This document shows positions 22,390-34,555 of a stretch of 54,857 nucleotides of DNA, piece by piece. Made by a program: the position numbers and the translations under genes. How positions within the stretch are numbered: the stretch's first letter is position 1; every line of letters starts with the position of its first letter. The stretch comes from Malacoraja senta (lineage: Eukaryota): the NCBI GenBank assembly GCA_038087875.1, contig JAXLNO010000286.1, forward strand, positions 1 to 54,857. The letters are read 5' to 3'. Below the pieces are notes generated by a model. That model was not told where the DNA came from and did no database searches. It was given only the letters and a program-made list of their open reading frames with translations.

Positions 22390-23005
22390 TTCAATTCAAT
22401 TCAACTTTATTGTCATTGCACAGATACAAGTATGGGTACAACGAAATGCAGTTTAGCGTCTGTTCGTAGTAATAGTGCAATATAGAAATAAAAATACAGA
22501 ATAAGAATAATATACAGAATAAAAATACAGAATAAGCAAACAATGTGGACGGAGAGACTGGAGAAATCTATCGGCGGGACTCCGAGTTCAGCAATGTGAT
22601 AGTGTTGTTGAAGAAGCTGTTCCTCATCCTACTTGTACGAGACCTGAGGCTTCCGTACCGCCTCCCTGATGGGAGGAGGGCAAAGAGTCCATGGTTCGGG
22701 TGGGTGGGGTCCTTGATGATCAGGCCCGTCTCAGACACCGTTTTCGGTGGAGGGCATCCATTGCAGGGAGCGGGCCACCAACGATGTACTGAGCGGTTTT
22801 CACCACCCGTTTTTGTGCCTTCCTGTCACTATTTAGTGCCTTCCTGTCAGCTACCGTGCAACAGCTGTACCATACCGTGATGCAGGTGGTCAGGATGCTT
22901 TCGATGGTTCAGCGGTAAAAGTTGGTCAGGATCTGGGGGGACAGGTGAGCTTTCTTGAGCCTCCTCAGGAAGTAAAGGCGCTGCTGCGCCTTTTTGATCA
23001 GAACT
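22390..23005 (-). mobile_element. Rex1/Babar-like LINE 3' fragment abutting a CR1 fragment (22152-22389)
   Basis: IKKAQQRLYFLRRLKKAHLSPQILTNFYR, and a (TTGAA)n tail with gacaataaag. Confidence 0.75.
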
Positions 23006-23249
23006 CCACGATGGTGAGTCCGCAGGCTACGCGACTGGAGCCCCCAGGTCGTTCCGGTTGGAGGCCGTCCCACGGTGCAAGCCCCAAACGACAACGGAGA
23101 CCCGACATAGAAAAGGTCGGGTTCCCCGTACAGGGAAGAGATTAAAAAGTTCCCCCACTTCCCCCCCACACCCGCCCCCCCATATACAGTTAAAAACAAT
23201 ATATAAACCACGACAAACTATACACTCAAGGGGACACAAATAAATAAAA

Positions 23250-26200
23250 GACAATATTTGTTATTGGAGATAAGTACATAACATATTAACATCATTACCA
23301 GTCTTGCATTTTTAAATTGATAATATTGTCAATTATTATTACATTGTCTCCAGTACCTTTTGCCTTTTTTGTTTTTTTTAAACTAGATAGAACTAAAAAG
23401 ATAGATGAAGTAAAGAAAGAAAAGAGAGAGAAGAAAAGAGAAAGAAAGAAAAAAAAAAATAAGAAAACAGAAAAGAAAAAGATAGTTAAAGAAGTATGGA
23501 AAAATTTATTAAGATAAAAAACTTCGTTCGAGATATATTCGTACATTTCAGAGTATAACATTTCATCCATTCTTTAGCCCGAGTGTTAGTCAGGTTCCTG
23601 TGCTGAACCATTCTGACCCTTTAAATAATCAATAAAGGGAGACCATGTTCCAAAGATTAATTCCTGTTTGTCCAACAGGGAAAATCTGATTCTTTCCACG
23701 TTTAAGGTCTCCGTCATTTCTATAATCCACATTGTGATTGTGAGGGTTATAGGGCCTTTCCAAAATTTTAGAATTATTTTTTTCCCGTTATTATACTATA
23801 ATCAATAAAGTTTCTTTGTGTTGTTGTAAATGTTTGATTTAATTCTAATGTTCCGAGTATTATTAATTTTGGATCCGGGTCCAATTGTGTGCTGGTCACT
23901 TTAGATATTATACTGAAAATATTTACCCAGAATGTTTTAATTTTTTTACAGTTTGCAAACATATGAGATAAGTTAGCTTCTAAATGTTGACATTTATCAC
24001 ATATAGGTGAGATATGTTCAAAGATTTTATATAATTTTGTTTTTGAATAATGTAACCTATGTATTACTTTAAATTGTATTAAAGAATGTCTGGCATTTAA
24101 TGAACATTGATGTATGTGTTGTAAACTTTCTTCCCAAGTATCTTTCGTTATTATTTGATTTAATTCTTTTTCCCATGCTTGTCTGTGTAAGTCCGTCGAT
24201 GGAATGTCACTGTCTAATAAAATATTATATATATAAAATATTAATTGTTCTGTATTAGGATGTTTATTCCAACATTCATCAAGAATTTCTGAATTTCTAA
24301 TTCGAAAATTTTGAGTATTCGATTTTACATAATCTCTGAGTTGAAGATATCTGAAAAAAAAAAAATTCCTCGAAGTCCATCAGTCTCTTGCAACTCCTGA
24401 AATGTAATAAAAGTGCCTTCCTTGTAAAGTGTTCCCATATTTTTAATTCCATAATTCTTCCATTGTGTAAAACCCCTGTCCAACCATGAGGGCTTAAACA
24501 AAGGGTTATTCACAATTGGAAGAAAAAGTGATAAATTATCTAATTTTAATGTATTTTTTAATTGTTTCCAAATTCGTATAGCACTAAATATTATAGGGTT
24601 TTCCATATAATTTTTTTTGTTTAATTTAGACGTAGCAAATAATATCGAGCCGATATCAAAAGGTAAACAATCTTCCTTTTCCATTTTTAACCAATCTGGT
24701 TGTTGATCTATTTCTTCCAACCAGAAATTCATATTTTTAATATTAACTGCCCAAAAATAAAACAGAAAGATTGGTAAAACCAAGCCTCCATTTATTTTTG
24801 ATTTACACAAATGTCTTTTGTTTATCCTATGATTCTTATAATCCCAGATAAAATCATTAACAATGGAATCCAATTTAAAAAAAAAGTTTTTTGACAAATA
24901 TATCGGAATTGTCTGAAAAAGGTATAATATTTGCGGTAAAAAAATCATTTTTATGGCATTAATTTTGCCAACCATTGAGATAGGAAGTGTTTTCCAATAT
25001 TGAATATTCTTATGTAGTTTGTTCAGTAATGGGGGGAAATTTGCTTTAAATAATGATGTATATATCTTAGTTACGTAAATTCCTAGGTATTTGAATTTTT
25101 CGTTTACTATTTTAAATGGAAATTGTTGTATTATATGTTTGTTGTGTTCCCTTATTGGCATAATTTCACTTTTATTCCAATTTATTCTGTATCCTGAGAG
25201 TGAACCAAGTCATGTCAAGTGTCAAGTGAGTTTATTGTCATGTGTCCCTGGTAGGACAATGAAAGTCTTGCTTTGCTTGAGCAGAACAGCTTGAGCACAA
25301 TAACCAAATTGGGTTATTAGCTTTAATAAGTTTGGAATACTAATTTCTGGTTTTGTAATGTAAATTAGTACATCATCTGCGTATAGAGAAATTGTATTCA
25401 CTGTATCCTTTGTGTTATACCCATATATTTCCGGATGACCCCTAACTCTTTCTGCGAGTGGCTCAATAGCAAGCGCAAATAATAATGGAGACAACGGGCA
25501 TCCTTGTCTACAACCTCTAGATAGGCTGAATTTAGTTGACAACGTTTGGTTTGTTAATATTCTAGCCGTAGGGTTTGTATATAACAGTTTTATCCATGTG
25601 CAGAATTTCTCCCCCAGCTGCATTTTTTCCATCACCGAAAATAAATAGGACCATTCAACCTGATCAAAAGCTTTTTCAGCGTCAAGTGAGATTATTGCTA
25701 GATCTTCATTAATAATTCTCTTAGAATATATACTATTAAATAATCTTCTTAGATTATAATATGAGTACCGTTTCTGAATAAAGCCTGTTTGGTCAGGGTG
25801 TATTAATTTATTCATCACTGTACTTAATGTATGCGCTAGTATTTTAGTTAATATTTTCTGATCTGTATTTAAAAGTGCAATTGCACTATATGATCCCGGA
25901 TCTTCCGGATCTTTATCAACTCTAGGAATAAGTGTTATTATAGATTCATTTAAAGTATCTGGAAGTTTCTGTTGAGTATAGATATGCTCATACAGCCTTT
26001 GTAAACGTGGGGAGAGCAAGTCATAATTTTTTTAATAGAATTCAGAGCCTAAACCATCTGGTCCTACTGCTTTACCATTTTTTTTAAAGAACCAATAGAC
26101 TCTTCAATGTCCGTTACCGTAATCTCCCCTTCTAATAATTCTCTATCTTTTGAGTCTAAACCTTTTAAATTACATTTTAGTAAAAAATCTGCTATTCCTT

Positions 26201-27137
26201 CTGGTTGTACTACAGTTTTAGTTGAATAAAGATTATGATAGTATTGGAGAAATCTCTCGTTTATATCCTTGGGCATTTTTAATAATTCTCCTGTATCTGT
26301 TCTAATTTTATGAATTATTTTTTCCCCTTCCATTTTTCGTAACTGACGTGCTAATAGTTTTTGTGGTTTGTCTCCAAACTCGAAATGTAATTGTTTGGTT
26401 TTTTGATAAAGTTTTATTACTTGTTCTGAATACATTTTGTTTAATTTATATTTCAATACAGCAATTTTATTATGTTTTAATATAGATGGCATTCTCGCAT
26501 TTTCTATATCTAGTTGCTTGATTTCCCTTTCCAATGTTTGTTGTTTAATCCTGTTCTCTTTATTATAAAATACTTTTGCAGAAATTAATGCACCTCGAAC
26601 AAACGCTTTAAACGTTTCCCACATAAGAGAAGTAGGTGTGTCAGGGTTGTCATTTACCTCAAAAAATATTTGAATCTGTTTAATAAGATATTCCTGGCAT
26701 GACCTTTCGTTCAAAATTTGTGGGTTAAATCTCCAATATGTTTGTTTCTCGGACATTCCATTTAATTTAATCATGAATGTTACAGGTGCGTGATCTGAGA
26801 TTATAATATTATGGTATTTTGAGTTGTAAGTAAATGGGATAAACGTGGTCAACTAAAAAATAATCTATTCTTGAGTATGTTTTATGTGCTGGTGAGTAAA
26901 ATGAATATTCCCGTCCAGTTGGATTTTCAATTCTCCAGACATCCTTAATATTAGTGGTATTAATAAATGAATTTAAAAATACACTTGATTGAGATTTTAC
27001 TTTTTTTTGCCTTGATGATCTATCTAAGTATGAATCTAATGTGCAATTGAAGTCTCCTCCAATTATTAATTTATATTGTGTAAATTCAGGAATTATATTA
27101 AATGTTTTATTAAAAAACATAGGATTATCAAAATTAA
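23250..27137 (-). mobile_element. L1-clade LINE, 5'-truncated, frameshifted ORF2 (APE C-terminal half, RT, Cys domain) plus 3' UTR
   Basis: ORFs 26809-27120 (GGDFNC, SRIDYF), 26064-26852, 25222-26019 (LDAEKAFD, GCRQGCPLSP, LYADD) and 24325-25161. Stop at 23586. Confidence 0.92.
25209..25301 (-). mobile_element. 93-bp 5'-truncated retroelement tail inserted in the L1 RT; TSD AACCAA
   Basis: AACCAA at 25203-25208 and 25302-25307. Removal restores ITQFGSLSGYRINW. The insert has gacaataaa and a short-repeat tail. Confidence 0.75.
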
Positions 27138-30010
27138 ACTCTTTGTTTTCTGTCTGCTAACCAATTCTCTATCCATGTCAATAGCCAATTCCATGTGCTC
27201 TAAATTTCCCCACTAATCTGCTGTGTGGGACGTAGTCAAAGGCTTTCTGATACACTAAAGTCCAGATACACTACATCCACAGGTTGTCCTTCATCCATTT
27301 TACTTGTCACGAACTCAAAAAATACCAGAAGATAGGACCAATCCTTTTACTGTTATGCAAATTCGCCGTTATTACACCTTTAATAATTGACTCCAGCATC
27401 TGCCCCACGACCGATGTCAGGCTAACTGGTCTATAATTCGCAGATTTCCCTCTCGCTTCTTTCTTAAAATATGGGATAACATTAGCTACCGTCCAATCCA
27501 CAGGAACAGATCCAGAATATATAGAACATTGATAAATAACCTCCAATGCGTCCACGCTTTCCAGAACCACCTCCTTGAGTACCCTGGGATGCAGACCACA
27601 GGCCCTGGGTATTTATCAGCCTTCAATCCCATCAGTCCACCCAATAGTATTTCTCGTCTGATGCAAATTTCTTCCAGTTCCACTGTCTCCCTATGTCCTC
27701 TAGTACATCTGGGAGATTGTTTGTATATTCCTTAGTGAAGACAGAACTAAAGTACCTGTTCAACTCTTCTGCCATTTCCTTGATCCCCATAATAATTTCA
27801 CCTGTTTTTGCCTTCAAGTGACCCACATTTGTCTTTACTAATCTTTTTCCCTAAACATGCCTAAATAAGCTTTTACTATCCTTCTTTATATTCTTGGCCA
27901 GCTTACCCTCGTGCTTTACCTTTCCCCCCTGTATTGCCCCTTTGTTACCCTCTGTTGTCCTTTGAACGTTTACCAATCCTCTGGCATTCCGCTACTATTT
28001 GCTATGTTATACACATTTTGTTAACCTTTATTCCATCCATAATTTCCCTTGTCAGCCACGGTTGCCTCTTACTCCCCTTAGAATCTTTCTTCCGCTTTGG
28101 AATGAAATGATCCTGCATCTTCTGGATTATGCATTAAAATTCCTGCCATTGCTGTTTCACTGTCATCTCTGCTTGGATCCTTTTCCAGTGGACCTTCGCC
28201 AGCTCCTCCCTCATGCCTTCATAATCCCCTTTTGTTCAACTGCATCACAGACACTTCTGATTTAACCTTCTCCCTTTCAAATTGCAGATTAAAACATATC
28301 ATATTATGGTCACTACCTCCTAGCGGTTCATTTACCTTGAGTTAGAGAACATTAGACAACACTAAATCCAGAATTACCTTCTCTCTGGAAGGCTCCAGTA
28401 CAAGCTGTTCTGAGAATCCATCTCGGATGCACTCTGCAAGCTCCCCTTTTTGGGGACAAGAACCAACTTGATTTTCCCAGTCTACCTGCATATTGAAATA
28501 TCCCATAACCACAGTGGCAGTACCTTTGCTACATGCCATTTTTAATTCCTGCTGCATCTTGCACCCTATATCCAGACTACTGTTTGGGGGCCTGTAGATA
28601 ACTCCCATTAGTGTCTTCTTACCTTTACAATTCCTCAATTCTATCCACAGCGACTCCACATCGTCAGTCCCTATGTCACTCGTCGCAAGGGACTGAATTT
28701 CATCCCTCACAGTATAACCCTGAATATTCAGTTCCCAGCCCCGATCCTTCTGCAGTCATGTCTCTGTAATCCCCACAATGTCATATCTACCAATCTCTAA
28801 CTGAGCCTCAAGCTCATCCACTTTACTTCTTATACTTCGGGCATTCATATGGAATATTCGTAATCCATGACTCACCTCGCCTTTCACATTGATTCCCTTT
28901 CACTTGGCCTTACTCTCCTATCCGTACGTATTCCGTCCCGTTAATTCTGGTGCCTTTCTTAACTTTTCCTATACTCTCTTTCCCTTTAACTCCAAACTTG
29001 TATTTCGAATTTGTTCCCCCCACCACTATTTAATTTAAACCCACGCGTGCAGCAGTGGCACACCTGCCTGCCAGAATGCTGGTCCCTCGCCTGTTAAGGT
29101 GCAACCCATCCCTTTTGTATAATTCACCCTTACTCCAAAAATATTCCCAGTGGTCTAGGAATCGAAATCCCTGGTCCCTGCACCAGTTCCTCAACCACAA
29201 ATTCAGATCGCCTATCTCCCTCTTCCTGTCCTCACCTGCACCAGGAACTGGAAGCAAACCGGAAATAACCACGCTGGAGGTCCTGCTTTTCAGCCTTCTT
29301 CCGAGATCTCTGAAGTCACTTTTCAGCATCTTTTTCCTCTTCTTAATGACGTAATTTATGCCGAAATGCATTACCACTTCCGGCTGCTCACCTTCACCCT
29401 TGTGGATGCCTTGCAATCTGGTCCTGATCCTGGCACCAGCGAGGCAACACACCATCCGTGAAGCCCGCCTGTTGCCGTAGAAATCCTGTCTGTACCGCGC
29501 ACGATGGAGTCTCCGACAACCACGGCTCTGTCCGACGTCGGTCCCATCGGCTTGCTTCAGCGCCACGTTTTGACTCGCAGACCTGTCCGCCGCTCAGACT
29601 GGCAGTGTTTTCTGTCCCGACATCTTCCAAGAGGGTGTACCTGTGTTCAAGAGGTACACCCCCGGGGTCTCCTGTACTCCAAGCATCCTTCCCTTCCTCA
29701 TCGTCACCCACCTTCTCTCTTCCGGTATCTTCGGTGTAATGATCTCGCTGTTGGTCCTGTCGACGAAACCCTCGTTTTCCTGAGGTCATCCATTTGCCTG
29801 TCCAGTGCCGCCAACGCGGCCTTTCAGGAGTTGAACTTGGACACACGTTCCACAGTTGTAGCAACCAGAGGCACCAGCAGTGTTCCTGACCTCCCACATC
29901 CTGGAAGCATCACACTGAATCAGCTTACTTTTCATTTCTTCACTGCGTCTAACCCTCTCCACCATTTGGCGTGGACTCCTCACCTCAGCCTCCTCGCCTC
30001 TCCTCCAGCA
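27138..30010 (-). mobile_element. CR1 LINE 5' two-thirds: ORF1 (Zn finger + SGNH esterase) and decayed ORF2
   Basis: IQCDASRMWE..YNCGTC; EQPEVVMHFG..VVISGLLPVP..YKRDGLHLN; APE at 28342-28710; RT start NYRPVSLTSVVG. Confidence 0.9.
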
Positions 30011-30175
30011 CTTTATGGGAGGGGGGAGATTTGATCGGAATATGAGGAATCACATTTTGACACAAAGGGTGGTGGGTGAATAGAAAGTGCTGTCGGGGGG
30101 GGGGTGGGGGTAGTTCAGACAAAGACTATCGCAATATTTTACAAACATTGAGGCAGGGGATACTTTTAGAAGGAT

Positions 30176-30990
30176 ACTAGACCAAATGCAGTCCCGTTGG
30201 ATCTGCTCCCCCAACTCCCCCGTTCCCTAGACGTAGCCCCCACGGGAGGCGTGGTCCTCCAACTCAAGCCGTTCCCGAACGTAAGATTCCAGCACTCCCC
30301 TGCCTCCCTGAGTAGTGGGCTTTAAAACAAATTCCAATTGCAATTGCTCTGCGTGTTGCAATAGCAATTCGCCCTCCCCCTCCTTTGAGGTGGAAAGTTC
30401 AGAGTGTTCCTGTGTCGTCACTGCTAGCCGAGCCATTGTGACGTCATCAGTTGAAGCTGGTCGTTTTGCAATTCAAAGTATTTTGATTTTTGTAAAACTT
30501 TAATCAGTAATAAGTTGAGAAAAATGCATGAAATGTTCAGTGAAAGCGATCTCTGCCTAAAGGGGTAAATGTGAATCAGAATATGTAAATATCCGGTGTA
30601 GGTTGGCATTTTAAAATCTTTAATCGCGAATAACGTGTCAAATATAGGATGAAGTATTCAGTGAAGATGATTATGGGTAGCCGAGACATTATGACATCAT
30701 CAGTGAAAGCTGGTCGTTCTAAATTCAAAATCTTTTGATGTTTTTAAACTCCTTACTTACTTTTAATCAGTAATAAGTCGAGAAATAAAGCATACAATGT
30801 TCAGTGAGGGTGATCTCGACCACGAGGGAAAAATGTCAATAGGAATATGTAAATATGTAATCGTTACCGTGTAGTGTTTTCGCGAAGATGTAAAGACAAC
30901 CACATATACACACACATATACTCACACGTGTATACACATATATACACATGTGCAAGATCAGACTTTTAATAAGTATATGATATGATATGA
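30176..30990 (+). mobile_element. Probable non-autonomous Helentron/HINE-type element with an internal duplication
   Basis: Starts tactagaccaaatgca..cccgttgg and ends with a CA-rich tract plus agatcagacttttaataagtatatgat. The block at ~30425-30595 is repeated at ~30678-30858. Class assigned from terminal patterns only. Confidence 0.45.
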
Positions 30991-31067
30991 TGAAATGGGC
31001 CAAACGTCGGCAGGCGCCGCTGTGCCGCCCTACAATGCACATCTTCACTTATTTCGTGCACTCAATG

Positions 31068-31572
31068 GAGAATAGGTGCAGGAGTAGGCCATTCGGCCCT
31101 TCGAGCCAGCTCCGCCATTCACGATGATCATGGCTGATCATCCGCAATCAGTACCCCGTTCCTGCCTTCTCACTATATCCCCTCAGTCTGCTAGCTTTAA
31201 ATGATCCATCAAATTCTCTCTTGAAAGCATCTAGAGAATTGGCCTCCACTGCCTTCAGAGGCAGATAATTCCACAGATTCAAAACTCTCTGGGTGAAAAA
31301 GTGTTTCCTCATCTCCGTTCTAAATGGTCTACCCCTTATGAGTAAACTGTGGCCCCTGGTTCTGGACACCCCCAACATCGGGAACACGTTCCTGCCTCTA
31401 GCATGTCCAATCCCTGAATAATCGTAAATGTTTTAATAAGATCCCCTCGCATCCTTCTAAATTCCAGAGTACACAAGCCCAGCCACTCCATTCTATCAAC
31501 GTACGACAGTCCCGCCGTCCCGGGAATTAACCTGGTGAACCTACGCTGCATTCCCTCAATAGGAAGAATGTG
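31068..31572 (-). mobile_element. CR1 3' fragment
   Basis: ORFs 31336-31551 and 31148-31387 (QRRFTRLIPG.., SRTRGHSL..KAGTGY). Confidence 0.85.
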
Positions 31573-31589
31573 CAGAACGTACCTGGATC

Positions 31590-34555
31590 TTGGACAAGCA
31601 GAAACAAAGAGAAGCAGGGAAAGCGCTGATTGGCTGAAGCCCGTGGGGGGAGGGGAGTCAGAGGTGGAAAACAGTTTAAAACTGAGGAATTTGGTTTGTA
31701 AATTGGTAAAGTAGACAATTTATCAGTCAATATTAGCAAGACTGCTCTAAGGGAGCGGCCTTGTGAGTAAAGTACCTTGTGAGTAAAGTGCCTATCTTTG
31801 GCTCGAGAGTCTTCGGCGAGGAGGCTGAGGAGAGGAGACTACGCAAAACGCTCGAGAGGGCGGAACGCGGTGAACACATGACAGGACAGATGAGACAGTG
31901 TGAGGGTTGTAGAATTGCCCAGGGGCAAGGATGGAGGCTCTGGCTGCTACAACTGTGGCAAATGCGTCCAGCTTCAGGTCCTGAAGAACCGTTTTGGGTC
32001 ACTGGAGAAGCAGCTGGATGACTTCAGGGCCATTCGGGAAAACGAGAGTTTCCTGGGCAGAACCTATAGTGAGGTTGTCACGCCGAGGATACGGGAAGAA
32101 GGAAGGTGTATGACTGAGAGAAAGTGTGGTAATCGAGGAGGGCATGGGACCCAGGTGGCTGTGGCTATTGAAAACAGGTACGCCCTCTTGGGAACTGTCT
32201 CTAGGTTTGGCGGACACGTCGGTGGCTCCAAACCTAGAGATGGGACTCGACAGGCGATACCGACATCGGGCAGAGCCATAGTGGTGGGTGACTCCATTGT
32301 GCAATATGTAATGCTCCAGCATGAATAAAGATAGTAAAGTAACGATGCCTCGTTATAGATTCTTTCCATTCTCCAACATGAGTTCAGAGAGTTGGGAAGA
32401 AGACTGAACGGCAGGACTTCGAGGGTGGTTATCTCTGGATTGCTTCCAGTACCTCGTGCTAGGGAGGACAGGATGGGGGATCTTAATGTGTGGCTGAGGG
32501 GCTGGAGCAGGGAGCAATGATTTAGCTTATTAGACCACTGGGATATCTTCTGGTATACGGATGACCTGTACAAAAGGGACGGGTTACACCTTAACTGGAG
32601 GGGGGGGTGACAATCTGGCAGGCAGATTTGGTAGGGCTACACGTGTGGGTTTAAACTAAATAGTGGGTGGGGGTGGGGAGGGATTGACAAATTGGGAGTA
32701 TAAAGCTGGAGTTGAAGTGGAAGTGACTATAGGAAAAATTACAAAAGATTCTCAAATTAATGGGAAGGAAAGTTCCAGTAGGGATAAAAGAGTAAGGTCA
32801 GGGCCAATTGCGAGCGGTGCAAGGGGGGGGGGCGTGAATACGGAGGGCAAAGTGTTGTATATGAATGCGCGAAGAATAAGAAATAAAGTGGACGAGCTTG
32901 AGGCTCAGTTAGAAATTGGGAAGTATGATGATGTGGGAATTACAGAGACATGGCTGCAAGAGGACCAGGGCTGGGAACTGAATATTCAAGGGTATACCTC
33001 CCATCGAATAGACAGACAGGTGGGCAGAGGGGGTGGGGTTGCTCTGTTGGTGAGGAATGAAATTTAGTCCCTTGCAAGGGGTGACATTGAAACAGGAGAT
33101 GTGGAGTCAGTATGGATAGAACTAAGGAATTTTAAGGGTAACAAGACCCTAATGGGACATCTACAGGCCCCCAAACAGTAGCCTTGACATAGGGTGCAAG
33201 TTGAATTTGGAATTAACATTGGCATGTAGCAAAAGTAATGCTGTGGTTGTTATGGGAGATTTCAACATGCAGGTAGACTGGGAAAATCAGGTTGGTACTG
33301 GACCCCAGGAAAGGGACTTTGTAGAGTGCCTTCGTGATGGATTTTTAGAGCAGCTTGTATTGGAGCATACCAGGGAGAAGGCAATTCTGGATGTAGTGTT
33401 ATGTAATGAACCGGATTTGATAAAGGACCTCGAGGTTAATGAGCCATTAGGAAGTAGTGACCATAACATGGTCAGGTTAAATCTACAATTGGAGATCAAG
33501 GAGAAGGGTAGATCGGAGGTGTCAGTGTTACAGTTGAATAAAGGGGAATATGGGGCCAGGAGGGAGGAGCTGGCCAAAGTTGATTGAAAAGATACACTAG
33601 CAGGGATGACAGTGGAACAAAAATGGCAGGTATTTCTAGGAATAATACAGAAGGTGCATGATCAGTTCATTCCTAGGAGTAAGAAAGATTCCAAGGGGAG
33701 TAAGGGGCGACCGTGGCTGACAAGGGACGTCGGGGACAGGGATCAGGAGAAATTATGAGGTCCGAAGGTAAGCTAGCCAAGAATATAAAGCAGGATAGTA
33801 AAAGCTTCTTTAGGTATGTGAAGAGAAAAAAATAGTTAAGACCAAAGTTGGACCATTGAAGACCGAAAAACCGTGAATTTATTATGGGGATCAAGGAAAT
33901 GGTAGATGAGTTGAACAGGTACTTTGGATCCGTCTTCACAAAGGAGGACACAAACAATCTTCCTGATATACTAGTGGCCGGAGGATCTGGGGTGACGGAG
34001 GAACTGAAGGAAATCCACATTACGCAGGAAATGGTGTTGCGTAGACTGATGGGGCTGAAGGCTGATAAATCCCGAGGGCCTGACGGTCTGCATGCCAGGG
34101 TACATAAGGAAGTGGCTCTAGAAATCGTGTATGCATTGGTGATAATTTTCCAATGTTCTATAGACTCAGGATGATTTCCTGTGGATTGGAGAGTAGCTAA
34201 TGTTATCCCACTTTTTAAGAAAGGCGGGAGAGAGAAAACAGGGAATTATAGACCAATTAGCCTGACATCGGTGGTGAGGAAGATGCTGGAGTCAATTATA
34301 GAAGTTGAAGTAGCCGCACATTTGGATAGCAGTAACAGGATCGGTCCGAGTAAGCATGGAATTACGAAGAGGAAATCATGCTTGACTAATCTTCTGGAAT
34401 TTTTTGAAGATGTAACTAGGAAAAAGGGAGATCCAGTGGATGTAGTGTACCTGGACTTTCAGAAAGCATTTGATAAGGTCCCACATAGGAGATTAGTGTG
34501 CAAAATTAGGACACATGGTATTGTGGTGGAGTGCCGACATGGATAGAAAATTGGT
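31590..34555 (+). mobile_element. CR1 LINE 5' two-thirds: 5' UTR, decayed ORF1 esterase, ORF2 to mid-RT
   Basis: QCEGCR..YNCGKC..AIVVGDSIV; YMNARRIRNK..GITETWL; MGDFN; LDFQKAFDKVPH. Ends at ..WIENW. Confidence 0.9.

Noticed and set aside
23295..23570. Lys-rich and Phe-rich ORFs
   Set aside because: Low-complexity L1 3' UTR.
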